Assembly (NCBI GenBank): GCA_003990765.1 | Contig: RBNJ01000226.1 | Coordinates: 1 to 36,196, forward strand | DNA: 36,196 nucleotides | Reading direction: 5' to 3' | Origin: Jimgerdemannia flammicorona | Lineage: Eukaryota | Part shown: one piece after another, positions 1-14,132 of the stretch | Layout: each line of letters opens with the position of its first letter | Position numbering within the stretch: position 1 is the stretch's first letter | Program-made: the position numbers and the translations under genes | Notes under the pieces: generated by a model | Seen by the model: the letters and a program-made list of their open reading frames with translations, nothing else | Database searches by the model: none | What the model was told of the DNA's origin: nothing

Positions 1-1054
<1,054 letters not shown>

Positions 1055-1099
1055 GTCACTTGGACTTCCCTTTATTACATTATTAAACCCCTAGAGTTT

Positions 1100-4000
1100 T
1101 CTGCCATCTATAACTCTAATGATACAATGTCACCCCAACCTCTCAACCAATACTCTATAGACCCATTCCTCCCCCCTTGACCTCCCTCTGCCTGAGTACA
1201 ACCCAGTCACCCACTACCCAAATCCTCCCACCACTCTTCTGAGAGATACATTGTACCAAACCCCTGTGATTCCCCCCACCTGACCCCCACCCTTGCCACC
1301 AGCCATTCAAAATGTCCAGTAATAACCATTCCCAATATGCTACCTTGACCCCAACTCCAACCTACCATCTCTCCTCAAATACATGCACCCAATGCTCCAC
1401 CAACCCAACCCACATGGCCAGAGCCCAGCCAAGGGTCAGCCATTCATCCCCAACCCTGCTGACCAGTCTTCAGTAGAGCTCTCCCCATCTCCCTCCTTCC
1501 CCTCTCTCCAGGGCACACAGCTCTAACCAGTCCATAATACCTCTCCAAAACTCCTCCAAAACCTCACACTCACTAAGCCAATGTTCAGGCATTTGTACCA
1601 CTCCTCCCAATATTGAAACATTCCTCGCACTCAAATGCACCATTATCCACCAAGTGCCCAGACTGATAGTTCAACATCACATTCTGCCATAGAACTTGCC
1701 ACCACACTACCCAGAACTTGGGGGGCAGCCACTGCCTCACCTGTTTGTTCTAAAGCCAGAGTCTATTCCAATCCCACTCCTTGCCAATTCCAACCCTCTG
1801 CCAGGGTTCAGGCCACAGGTCTCCACCTAAGCCCTGCAGACACTCTATACTCTCCCTAAGCTGGAAATCCTCCACCAGAACACCACCTAGTAGAAGCCTG
1901 TCCCACTGCCACATCTGCAGTCCCCAATCCTCCTCTGCTTCATCACCTTGCCACTGAAGTCCAATTTTCTTAGTGCCATCCACCACCCCCACCAGAAGCC
2001 TGTATACTGTATCCTCTGGCTCTCATCCATGGCCACCATTGCAAGCAGATCGCCAGAGTCACCATGAGGGGAATACCAAACCTCCCACACCCTCTGCATG
2101 AGTGGCACCCACTCCTGGCCCCTCAGCTCACTCGCCCTCCTCAACCACCAAGCTCACAAACAATGAAGCCACTTAGTAAAGTCAACTAAACCCAGCCCAC
2201 CTCTTTCCATGGGCAGTGTGAGCACCTCCCAACCCACCTGACTCACCATCCTCTCCAGATCCATGATCTCACCATCTTCAACAGCCCCCTGACCACCCAA
2301 GTCAGGAAATCTAGATGATATCTCACATACCATAGCTTTGGCAGCCAATATATATTCAGCACCATCACCCTTCTGGCTAAGGACATATGCTGACCTCCCC
2401 ATTACAAAAGAACATTTCTCCACTCCAGAAGTTATCAGTTCCACCATGCATGGGAGAGAAGAGATCCAAACACCAAGAAGTAGATCTCCAAATAATGCAC
2501 TGGTTCACTAGCCAGCACCACCATCTCAATTACATTGCCACCAACAATTCCAGCACCCAGCACCAGAGTCTCGCATTTGTGCCAGTTTAGTTTAGCACCA
2601 GATCCCCTCTCATACCATTCCACAGACTGCCTCAACTCTCTCACATCCACCAAGGAGCCCAGTCCAACCACTATATCATCAGTAAAGGCCCCCATCTTCC
2701 AATTAATCTCTAGAATGTCCAAACCCCCAATTTGATGCTGAATCCTGTCCAATAGGGGCTCCAGGGTGAGGGCATACAATATGGGTGACAAGGGGTCACC
2801 TTGTAGCACCCCACGACCAAGGGGAAAGGCCACACCCCTGTGGCTATTGATAACCAATGTAGCCTGACTATCCTCCAAAAGGCCAATCAATGAACCTCAG
2901 AACTCTGGAGGAATACCAATCCATTGCAGCACTCCCTCTAGCCAGATCCTCTGCACTCTATCATATGCCTTCTCCTGATCTAGAAATACCAACTGGCCAT
3001 CCACCCCTATAGCCTGGGCTCCTTCAATGACACCATGTACTCAAGCTGTCCCATCATGAATCAACCAGCCACCAACAAATCCATGCTGCTCCACACCAAG
3101 CACTTGCTGAGCAATTCCTTGCAGCCTCATCACCAAGACCTTCATCACCAGTTTGTGGTCCATGTCGAGTAGCATGATCAGCCACCAGTTCTTCCAATCT
3201 TCCTGCCTCCCCTTATTCTTATAAAGCAAGGAGACTAGTCCAAGGCACTGGCCCCCAATCCAAGTACCAGACTGAAGAACCTCACCACACATAGTGGTCA
3301 TTTCCTCCAGCACCTCACTCACTCCAGCCATCTTTTTCCAAAAATCCCAGAGAAGTCCATCCTCCCCCAGAGCCATCCCCTTACTCATTGAGACCACAAC
3401 CTTGCAGATTTCCTCTCTGCTCACTGGGTCCCCAAAGACCCTAGGCCCATTACAGAGTTTGGGTGCCAATCCCCCAGCTGTCTTTCAATGTCCAAGGCAT
3501 CCACTCCTCCTTCCTCCTCACTCTATAGATTCTCTCAATGGGTTCTCAGTAAACCCAGAATCATCAGAGTCCACACCACCAGCTCTCCATTCGCATCCAG
3601 GACTCCCTCCCACTGCTGCTTCATTCATCATGCTTGTAACAACCATGATAAAAACCTAGTAGGCCTCTCCCCCTCTTCAAGCCCCTGCCACTGCAGCTGA
3701 GCCACCATCCCCTGCAGCCTCACCTCCTTCTCTCTTTGTAACACTCCTTTAAGCTCCTCCACCTCCTTTCGGATCCTCACAATATGCCAGTCAGTCACCT
3801 CCCCATCTTCTAGCACACCTGCCTATCTCTCCATGAGTGCTGCCAGATGCTGTGAGACCCACAGCACCCATCACCATCATTGAGCACATCTTCCTTTCCC
3901 CACTTCTCTCTAATACCTCTGAGCATTTGCCTTCAGTCTCCTCCAGCGGTCTCCAATCCCCAGGCCCTGTTCTCACTACCTTCCAATATTCCCAATAATC

Positions 4001-4796
4001 TTCTTTTCCCAATCCTCCCACAAAACCCCATCCTCCAACAAGGAAGAATTTAGTTGCCAATGTCCAGGCCCATCCTCACTACCCCCAAACCTCCCCCCTC
4101 CTAACAACCCCCAGTGATCGGACCATGGACAACAAACTACCTCCAGCACCATCCAGACACCTGCTCCCCAGCACTCCGCTATCAAAACCCAGTCAATCCT
4201 GGAGCCTAGCCCTGCTGCCCAGTGAGTGTATATCCACTGATTGTCCCAAAACTGTCTTCCTGAGTCCACTAAAGAACTCAATCTCTCTGTCTCCAACCAG
4301 TCAGCCAACCCACCACTCTCGCTCTGCATGCCTCTCCCTCTATCTGTTCTGTCCATCTCCTTATCCTGTACTATATTGAAGTCACCCCCCAGGCAGTCCA
4401 ACCCAACCTCATCCAAGACACTGGACTCTTTCAACCTGCAAATCCAATCCACCCTCTCCTCTCTCTCAGCTGGGCAGTAACAAGACCCAACTGTCAATGA
4501 GCCCCATCCAGGCCTCTTCCACACTCCCCACACTACCTGAGACCCCCAATGTCCAACGTCTCCAATGTCCCCCATCCCTTTCCGAATGAGGATACCCACC
4601 CTCCCCCTCCATACTGCTGCCCCCCCCCCCATTCCTTAGTCCAATCCTGCAAGTCTACATCCACCTCATAACAAAAATCCTGCAACAAAAAGAGGTCTGC
4701 ATCCAGTTCCTTTAGCCATCCAAATATATACTTCCTCCTAGCTGCCCCCTGTAGCCCATTTATGTTCAAAGAGAATATTCTAGTTGTACTGTTCAT
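1100..4796 (-). pseudogene. LINE-B ORF2: APE endonuclease, reverse transcriptase, C-terminal Zn knuckle; many stops and frameshifts; 3' boundary approximate
   Basis: Endonuclease motifs SLNINGL, LLQD, GGDFN, SRIDW, WSDH. L1/Tx1-type linker motifs GPGHWQLNSSLL and EGERPTRF. RT motifs GVLQGDPLSP, AFTDD, GAKLNWHK, LPMERGGLGL. C-terminal PEHWLSEC near 1570-1590. Confidence 0.93.
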
Positions 4797-4828
4797 ATTG
4801 AAAGAATGTTTGCAATTGGGACCCCAGC

Positions 4829-6744
4829 CTAGTATTCCATACTCATCTCATCCACAGCTAGATCCAAGTGCCATTTTGCTTCCAAGTCACCCTCTGCATT
4901 AGCCTGAGCATCCAGCACCTCCAAGATTTCCTGATATTCCACCCCATCCACTACCTCCATCTCTGACCAGTAGTCCATGCAGACTGTGAGCCACTTCTCC
5001 AGTCTCTTCCTTGAGTTCCACAAGTATATTGCCCAGTCATTCACAATCCCCCTAAGTTCCTCCTCTCTCTGATCATTGACTTGATATTCAACTGACTCCA
5101 GGAGGATAGCCAGGATCTCATTCCTCACCTTCCTCAGCACCTCCTCCCCCTGTTGGATTTCCTCCCAATACCTCTCTTCCATAACCCTGAAATCCTCTCC
5201 CCCCAGCTCCTCCACTGCTACCCCTTCCAGGGTCTTCCACATCCACTTCTCCTCATCCACTGTCTCTGCTGCACTCTGGGCAATTTGCCCCCCTTCCACC
5301 TCAGGGTCCACCAGAGCACTCCTCCTCACTGACTCATCCCACTCCTCATCCAGCACATCCAGCAGTTCCTCCTCCCCCCCAGCTCCACCCAGGACACTAT
5401 ACTGAGGGTGTACACCTTCGCTCATTTCCACATCTGCCTCCACACTACCTTCCCTCTCCTCCTCTAATCCCACCCGAGCCCCACCACAGGCCCTTTCACT
5501 TCCCAGAGCCCAGGCACTCTCCTGCAATCCTACATCCCCCTCCCCTGTACTGCTGCCAGCTCTACCCCCACCCAACTTCACCAGCAGCTCCTTCTGGATT
5601 TTCCTCCCCTGCATCTTCTCCCAGGCCCTCTGCTCCATCTGGACCCTCTTCCCATCTACTTCTTCCACCACCATTCTGGCCTCATACTCCTTCCAAGCCA
5701 ATCTCCTCCTCACCACCACCCCTTCCAGATCCTCCAGTGCCTCCAACAGGTCTTCCTCCTCCTCCTGAGTCCCCTTCACTCTTGTGACCTTGCACTCTAC
5801 TTGTCCTCACCTCAGTATCACTGGCCAGTCTCTCATCTTCTCTGTATTCTCCTTTCCAGCCAGCCTCACCCTAATGTCGATGTCACCAGTCCAGAGCTCT
5901 GTACCCTCCCAGATCTTGAACTCAACATCTACAATCTCACCATACTCCTTGATCACCTCTACAACCAACTCCCTAGTCCTCTCCTTCGACACCATAGAGA
6001 ATCTAATACCATTAACTGCACCACTTGGGGGTCCCAGTGTATGCACCTGACCATAGGGACCACAACTCTGCCAACTGTCACCCCCTTCTCTATAGCTGCC
6101 AGCAAGGTGTCTTCTTCCTTAAACCCCATCTCGACCCCTTCTTTCCCCTTCAAAAACTTCACCGAAGCTGCTTCTTTCACCTCCTGTACCACCAGCCCCA
6201 AGATCATCCTCGCAGTCACTATCAAGCCCCTGAAACTCATCATGACCATGAATTCCAACCTTGACTTCTTGAGTAATAGGGCCAACACCATGCCCATCAT
6301 CCCATCTGCCAGGTCCCTGGGCCTCATGCCCACCCCCTGTTCTGAATTATCAACTGCCATCACATCTGGATTTTTTGCCAGATCTCCAGTCACAGTCCCA
6401 TCAACAGTCACATCTCCAACCTCTACTCCCACTCCTCCCCTACCACTGGACACTCCCCTGGGCACACCTCCCTGTCCCCCAGCAGTAGCTGTCAATGCCT
6501 TCCCCAGGTCCAGCCAACTATCCAGACCAGAGGTCATCTTCCCCATTCTGACCTTGTCAGCAAAGATCAACCTCTCCCCTCCTCTCTGCCTCAGGCTGCC
6601 CCTCCCTCCACCACCAGGGCCTCGGCTAGCCATCAAGGCCCCTGGCATCTCCAAACCATCTCCCCTCCTCCTTACCTACTACCAGCCAAAGGCACCACCA
6701 CCCTCCTGGCCAGTATACTCACCAGTTCGATCATTGCCATCCAT
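4829..6744 (-). pseudogene. LINE-B ORF1 (about 640 codons, frameshift near 6040)
   Basis: ATG at 6744 is in frame with ORF 5959-6654, followed by ORFs 5807-6046 and 4829-5779. It is clearly homologous to LINE-A ORF1 (FADKV, DLAD, VTAxMxLGL, WDPxVVQL, TGDIxI, LDLAxDE). Confidence 0.85.
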
Positions 6745-6844
6745 GTTGATAGTCATCAGACACCAAAAATGTTGTAAAAGTGTTGTCTGAGTCTTGTGTC
6801 ACCTGAATGTTACTGGTGAAAGATGGATGTATATGCTTATTGTT

Positions 6845-9800
6845 CTGAACCCCAACCAAGGACAGAAGATCTCCTGTAGATCCTCTCAGTAAGGACCTCA
6901 TCTCCCAGACCTTCTTCAACAGAGAAAGCCAGCTACCACTCCCCAGCTCAACAGCTCTCTTCAGCCACCATGCTCTTAGGTAGTGTAACCTCTTCAGGAA
7001 GTCAACCAGCCCAAGTCTCCCTTCAGTTATCAGTAAGGACAAAATCTGACTCCTTTTCCCTGCTCAGATCCACCCCTTAGCCAGTTTCAGCAGTCTCTTT
7101 ATCACCTAGGCTAGGAAGTCCAGATGATATACCAGATACCACAACTTTGACAGCCAGTAAGTATTCAAGATGGAAACATACCCTGCCAGAGGCAAGTGAC
7201 AGCCTATCCAGCTCTACAGAACCTCCCCCCAGATAACTACCTGCTGCTCTCACCAGAGTTTTGGAAGAACAGATCCATATACTGACAGATAGATGCCCAA
7301 GTACCTCACTGTCTCCCCAGCAGAGACAATTGTTCCAATGATGTCTCCCACCATCAGTACCATTGTTTCACACTTGTGCCAATTGAGTTTGGCCCCAGAG
7401 TGTGCCTCATACCAATTCATAGTCTCCTTTAGTTCCTCAACATTAGTAATTGAACCTAGGCTGACTACTATATTATCTACAAATGCACCAACTTTCCACT
7501 AAATGCCAAAAACTAAAAACCCTCCTATCTTCTGCTGAATTCTATCCAGTAAGGGCTCCAAGGAAAGTGTATACAAAATGGAGGACAGTAGGTCCCCCTG
7601 GAGAATAACCCTACCCAGAGGAAAAGCCACCCCTTGATATCTATTATATATGAGTACAGCCCTGCTCCCTTCCAGTAGACTGACCATTGCTGATTGGAAC
7701 TATTGAGGGACTCCAATTCTATCTAGTATCTTTGCCAACCAGACTCTCTGAACTAGTGCTCCCAAATAAGTCAAATCAATTCGAATTGAATCAAATTGAG
7801 GATTAAACAAGTCAAATTGAATTGGGGATTTTTCAATTTGAATCAATTCGAATCGAATCAAAAGTTGAATCAAATTGAGGATCTGATTTGAACCCTAATT
7901 TTCAAAATGCAATAACTCAGTGTAAACTCATCCAAATCTAACATACTTTAGCTTGTTAGAATCACATTAATATGGTGAATCTAACAAGCTAAAATGTTAA
8001 ATTTAGATGAGTTTTTGTCGAGTTATTACATTTTGAAAATTAAGGTTCGAATTAAACTTCGAATTGAATTGGACCTTTGATTCGATTCAAATCGAATCGA
8101 ATTGGACCCTTGATTCGATTCGTTGGGAGCACTACTCTGAACACAGTCATATACCTTCTCCTGAACCAAAAAGACCAGGTGCCCATCTAGTCCACAGGCC
8201 CATTCCCCTTCAATAATACTATATATCCAAGCCATGCCATCCCAAATGAGTTGGTCTCTGACAAATTCCTGCTGCTCTTTCCCTAAGACCTGCTGGGCCA
8301 CCTTCTGCAGTCTTGCTACTACTACCTTAGTAATCAACTTCCTGTCTATGTCCAGTAGTATGATCAGCCTCCAGTTCTTCCAGTTCTCTCTCCTACTCTT
8401 GTTCTTATATAGCAGTACTACCAGCTCCAGATTCTGCTCTCTTACCCATCTTCCAGACTACAGTACCAAGTCACAGAGTGCTCTGAGCTCTCCCAGTACA
8501 CTGGGGATGTCCACTATCTTCTTCCAGAAAGCCCAGGGCAGCTAGTATAGTTGTAGCAAAAATCTGGTAAATCTCCTCATCCTGTACTGGCATCACCAGG
8601 TCACCCAGCCCTTCTACCTGAGGTGGGTGCCAATCCTCCAAGGCAAGACCAATGGTACCATTCTTAGCCCCACCCTCTTCCTCACTCCACAAGCCACTAT
8701 GCTGCTCCTTCAGACCTAAGAATGTCTTGTATACTATTTACCAATATCCCCCCAGAATTGAGAACCCCCTCTTACCTCTGCTGAACCCTCCTTGCCTAAA
8801 GGGCTCCCATGAGAAACTTAGAGAACCTCTCTCCTTCCTTCAGCCCCTGCCAATATAGATGTGCTGCCATACTCTATACCTGTGCCTCCTTCTCCTCCTG
8901 CAATATCTGTTGCAACTCCACAACCTCCTTTTTCACCCATAGCAATCTCCAATCCTCCTCTCTCTCCAGGGCCAACAGACCTGCCCAATCTTCCAACAGC
9001 CTCATCAATCTAGCAGAGGCCCACAATCTCTTCTTCCTTCTCTGTCTTCCAGCTGCCATACCTGCCTCCCTCTAATAGACCCTAGCAGCCTCTTTCAGCC
9101 TCACTCACCTAGCTCCAACTCAGGCACCTTCCTGTATCTACTCCTCTACTCTCTGCCAAATATCCTCAGCCTACTTGTCCCACAGTACCTTATTATCTAA
9201 CAGGGAGGAGTTGAGGTACCAATATTCCAGTCCATCTCTCCTCTCCCCAAAATGGCCCTGTTCTAGCAGTCCTCAATAATCAGACCACAGACACCATTCT
9301 GCCTTCAGAGACCTCCAAACATCCAGACCCCAGCAGTCCACTGTCAAAATATAGTCAATCCTTATCTTCAGACCACTTACTTAATGTGTATATATCCTTC
9401 TATTACCTCACAACTCCCTGCTAGTATCCATTAAAGCACTCAACCTCTCTACTTTCTCTCATGTCTGCAAACCTCCACTCCTATCTGCCACCTCCAACCC
9501 TCTATCAGTTCTATCCAATAGTACATCTCTGACCATATTAAAGTCTCTACCAAGCACATCCACTCCAGCCTCTGTCAGAGTCCCTTCCTCCTAAAGACTC
9601 TTCACCTACTCTATATGCTTACCCTACTCTACAGGACAGTAGTAAGATCCAACCATACCTGGTTCCTAACCAGTGTGAATCCACTCACCCTAAACCAGTC
9701 TGTCTCTCTAGTTCTGCACATCTCATATCTCCCCTCTGCCCTTCCTGACCAGAATCCCAACTTTGCCCTTCCATACTATCTCCCCTCCCCATTCCTTTAT

Positions 9801-9956
9801 CCATTCCAGTCTATTCAAATCATCCTCACACCTGACATCCTGCAAAAGAAAGAGATCAGCCTTCAATCTCTTCAGCCAAGCAAAAATGTTCTATTAATAA
9901 AATGAATCTCATAGCCCATTTACATTTAAAGAGAAAATATTGGTTGTACTATTCAT
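6845..9956 (-). pseudogene. LINE-A ORF2 (endonuclease and RT), continuing at ~942 leftwards
   Basis: Starts MNSTTNIFSLNVNGL at 9956, with ADLFLLQD, GRVILQGDLLS, GAFVDN and EGRLGLVDF. More decayed than LINE-B and interrupted by MITE-1 inside the RT domain. Confidence 0.88.
7754..8134. mobile_element. MITE-1: non-autonomous hAT-type fold-back element (381 bp)
   Basis: 12-bp TIR tagtgctcccaa / ttgggagcacta. Perfect 8-bp TSD ctctgaac (7746-7753, 8135-8142). Subterminal (ga)ttcgaatc repeats and an internal palindrome at ~7886-8052. Confidence 0.95.
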
Positions 9957-9987
9957 AAGAAATAATGTATAATAACAAGCATATCCT

Positions 9988-12009
9988 CTACTGCTTTATA
10001 TATATCTCATCTTGAGCCAGGTCCAGATCATGTTCTGCAGCTTCCTCCTCCTCTTCAGTTCTCTTAGCCTCCAATCTAGCCAGAAGTTCCATAAGCTCCC
10101 CATCCTCCTTTTTCTCAAATTCTTTATGATATTCCAGACAGGCTTCCTGCCAGAGCTTCAACCCATGCCACTCTGCCCAACAGAAAGCAGTCATCTCACC
10201 AGCAGCAACTGCCAGCCCAGCCTCCCTCTACTTATCAATCTCATACCCTTCATTCTTAAGAAAAATTACAAGAATCTCCACCTTCAGCACCTCCACCACT
10301 CCCTTGCTACACACAATGTATGCCCAATACTTATCACTCATCACTTGCAGGTCTAACTCCCCCAACTCCTCTGCCACAAAGTTATTCATCATCTTGCATA
10401 TCTATAGCAGATTTCCCACCTCCTTCCCCCCAGGAGTCACTGGCCACCCTCTATCCAGCATTGAGATGTCAGCTCCTGCACTCACAGCCTCATTCCACTC
10501 CTCCTTCCAAACATCCACTAGATCATCCTTGCCCACTACCACCATCTGCCCCCCCTTTGCTATCTCAGGAACTCTAAAGTATACTCTCTGGGCTCCCCAT
10601 ATGAGTATATCCTCTACCACTCTGCTCCTTGAAGCTGGACCTTGTTTAATAAGCAGCATAGGGATCAGAGATGGCTCTCAGACCTTAAAGGTATCATCTC
10701 CATAAGGGTCATATCTCTTTGCCTCCTCTCTCCCTTCTGGTCCCTTTTCTACATTCTCTCCATTCTTGCCAGTTCAGATGCTCTTCTTGGCTCTCCCTAT
10801 AATTTCAACATCACCAGCATCCATCTTCACCCTGCTTTCCAGTTTCACCAATAGCTCTCTCTGTCTTTTGCATTCTTGAGACCTTTCCCATTACCCCTTA
10901 TCTATCTGAATTCTCTTTCCATATATTACTTCCAAATACATCAACTCAATATACACCTTCCAAGCCTTAGCTCTCCACTCTATAGTCCTGCTCAGTTCCT
11001 CTAGTACCTCTAGCAGATTCTCTTCCTCCTCCTCACTCTCCTTCACCCTTGTCATCTTGTACAAGAAAGCCCCCCAGATCATTACCAAAGGCCCATCCCT
11101 AGCCTTCCTGGTAGCTTCCTTCTCTACTAACCAAATTCAGATAGCAATATCTCCAGTCCTGAATGAGGTCCTCTCCCAGACCTGAAACCCAATATCAACC
11201 ACCTTGCTATACTTGATCATAACTTCCTCAACTCTCCTCCTTGTCTCCTCAGTAGTCACAATGGATACTTCTTTCACCAGCAATTGCACCACTCTGGGGT
11301 CCCACTTCAAGCAGCATGCCATTGAAACAAATATCTCTCCAACTGTCAACCCCACCTTCAGCATCTCCTCTAATAGTCCAGCCTCCTCAAAGCCAACCTC
11401 AACTCCTTCCAGTCTCTTCAGGAACTTTATGGATTCTGCTCCAGCCACCTGCTTGGCAATCAGCCCCAGGACCATTTTTGCTGTCACTGCCAAGCTCTGA
11501 AAGTACAAGGTAACTACAAACTCTGAGATTGACTTCTTGAGTAATGGTGCCATCACCAGTTCTGTTATACTATCTGCCAGATCACTAGGCCTAGTGCCTT
11601 TCCCACTGCTCAGTCTACCATCAGCAGTCTCATCTAGATTTTTTTCCTGATTGCCCATCATGCTCCCATTAGTAGTTACTCCCTCAGCCCCTACACCACC
11701 AGCCCCACCACTCTGGTCCCCCAGAGAGACTCTCTCTTGAGGCTGCTGCCCTGTAGTCTTCACTGCCTCCTTGCTTCTCCTAAGCCAGCCTTCTAGCCCA
11801 GCTCTCTGCTGACCCCTCTTCACCTTATCTGCAAAGCTTGCCCTCTCTGTCTCCTGACCTTCAGCACTGCCCCCTCTCCTACCACATCCTCCTGCCAGCA
11901 GGCCCCTCATGCTTCCCCCCAAGCCAGGGCCCCTCTCTATATACTGCCAGTTGAATGCACCCAGACTACCCTGCCTAGTATGCACCTTAGGATACTCATC
12001 AGTTGCCAT
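9988..12009 (-). pseudogene. LINE-A ORF1
   Basis: ORF pieces 11137-12009, 10891-11088, 10402-10659 and 9988-10194 are colinear with LINE-B ORF1 and end ~30 bp before the ORF2 ATG. Confidence 0.85.
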
Positions 12010-12087
12010 AATACTAGTAGCTTTTCTTCAGAAACTGTGTCAAAGTGTTGTCAAAAGATTGTGTAACCTGAATGTTACTGGAGAAAG

Positions 12088-13447
12088 GTCAGCAGAGGTC
12101 TTGTAATTGACTTCACTTTCTTCTCCAGAGTCTTTTTAAATATTGTTGACCTCAGTTATCTTCAAACCTTGCTCCTGGGTTATCTCTGTAAGTTTATATC
12201 TCATTTGCTGTCTGAATGTAAGTATTTCTACCAGCTGGCCAAAAGTTGTATTGACCTTTTGTTGACTGAGATCCTTGAAGATATCATACTTGAAAGTCTT
12301 GGTTTTGCAAAGCTTCTTCTCTTTTTCTCCTTTGCTGGCTGGAGTAGTTTCTTGAATAATATCTTTAATAGCCTGTTCTAGCTCTATATCTTAATCTATT
12401 TCTTTATCTTGGCTTTCTATAGTAGTTTCTATCTATTTTTCCACAGAGTTCTTCTTGGATCTTTCTGATGATCTCTTGTAGAGTTGCTTGCAGACATTCT
12501 TCTTAACAGTCTCAGCAAGATAAACTTTCTTTCTTCTTCATCTGATTTCCAATCTCCTCAAAGATAATAGTTTTGCTCTATTTCTTATTTCAAGTTGTAT
12601 TGCTTGGCTGGGTCTTATATTTGGTTTTGCTCATATATTTATATGAATAGTAGCCTTCTTCTCTATAGGTGTAGCAGGTACCTCTATTTTTGTCTATAGT
12701 GGTAGTAAACTTCTGAACTAGACAGCAGTCTATTCTTCTAATTTCTTTTACTATATCTCCTAGATGGGCTGTCATTTCAGCAAACTTCTTGATAATTTCC
12801 TCCATTGAGTTGCTGTTTCTTTGCTGCTCAGTAGCTCTTGGCTGAGATATATTTTGATTGATCACTATGGTAGAGATTATGCTAATTGTCTTGGATGCTT
12901 TAATTCTAACTCTAGTAACTCTTTCCATTGTGTAATCTTGTAGATGTCTGGCTATCCAATATCACTGAATATAGGTAACCTTTTGTACTAGATCTAGAAC
13001 TACTAGTGATGAGCAGATGGCTAAAGCTATCTCTAGGTAGACTCCTTTCATAAAGGTTATCTCAGCTACTTGATCTCGAATGGTGGCAGTATAATCTGTA
13101 AGAATTATCTGATATTGGATTCTGGTATAGAATATGTTTAAATCCTTACTCATTTCATGATATATTATATTGAGCTGATCCTTCAGAGCTTGCTTAATCT
13201 CATCTGTATAGTAGGTAATTCAGAGTGAAGCCTTCTATACTGTTAGCACAGCATTATCATCATATCCTATATAGGTTATAGCTATGAATACTGCTCTTGC
13301 TGGTCCTCAGAGACTAAAGGACATAAGGGCTACTTACTGTGTTGTTGTCAGGATCCTAATAACAGCATACTGTTCAAAATCATCAATGAAGATAATGATC
13401 AATTTATCTGAGATATATCTGTGGAATGCTGGTAGTCTCATATTCAT
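12088..13447 (-). pseudogene. gag: Decayed gag of an older Ty3/Gypsy element, cut by LINE-A
   Basis: The N-terminus MNMRLPAF...FIDDFEQYA...L*GPARAVF parallels MATSLPTF...FLDGIEG...LREPARGIF of the gag at 20475. Decayed CCHC knuckle TCYTYREEGYYSYKY at ~12630-12680. Downstream KYDIFKDLSQQKVNTTFGQL at ~12230-12295. Confidence 0.72.
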
Positions 13448-14132
13448 CTTATCTGAATGTTTTGATTCAATTTGTGTAGTTGTTTGGGTTGTAGTGGTTG
13501 TTTATTGTTTTGCTTGAAAGTGAGAGATTTGTTTTAAATTACTAGTCAATAGACACTAAGTTGTAATATAGTAGATATATAACTGTATAAGTACATCAGA
13601 TTTATATATCTTAAAAATTTAATCTTCTTTGACTTTACAGAATTCTTGGAATATAGAGGTGGGTGAGTTTAAAGTATATCTATCTGTAGGCTTATTAGCT
13701 CCTTCACTTTCTCTTTTACTCTGAACTATTTCAATCTGAGGTTTATTCACTCTAGATACTGAGAATATTAATATAAGTTTTCTAGCTATAAGATGGCTAA
13801 GTTATAACTATATTTTCTATAAGTCATTTTCTATAAGTATAGATCCTCTATAGTTGTGAAATCTCTATAATTATGAAGATTCTACATCTGTAGACTTTCT
13901 ATATTTTTAAAGTTTCTATATTTATGAAAATATGACTGCTATTTATATGGCTATACTATATTTGGAAATTGGATTCAGATATTATGATCAAATATCTATT
14001 TCTCTAATTCATATTCCTAATTCAGATTGATTATTATAATATATCATATCTTTAAAGTATAGAAAGTTATAAATAGAAACTAGTTTTAAATCTTTTATTC
14101 AATGTGATAATAATGAGCTTTTAGTAGAGAGA
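13448..14132 (-). other. AT-rich non-coding segment, probably the 5' leader of the older Gypsy, with degenerate short repeats at ~13810-13930
   Basis: Lies between the gag start and the Copia LTR and has a recurring tctata motif. The assignment rests on position only. Confidence 0.35.

Larger units (their letters stand above)
6845..12087 (-). mobile_element. LINE-A, 5' part (5' UTR, ORF1, most of ORF2)
   Basis: Colinear with LINE-B. The terminal motif tgtgtaacctgaatgttactggagaaag (12060-12087) matches 6795-6822. Confidence 0.92.

Noticed and set aside
5801..6790. 329-aa plus-strand ORF and similar Ser/Pro/Thr-rich ORFs across the LINEs
   Set aside because: These are antisense shadows of G-rich LINE ORFs, with no motifs and no equally long counterpart in LINE-A.
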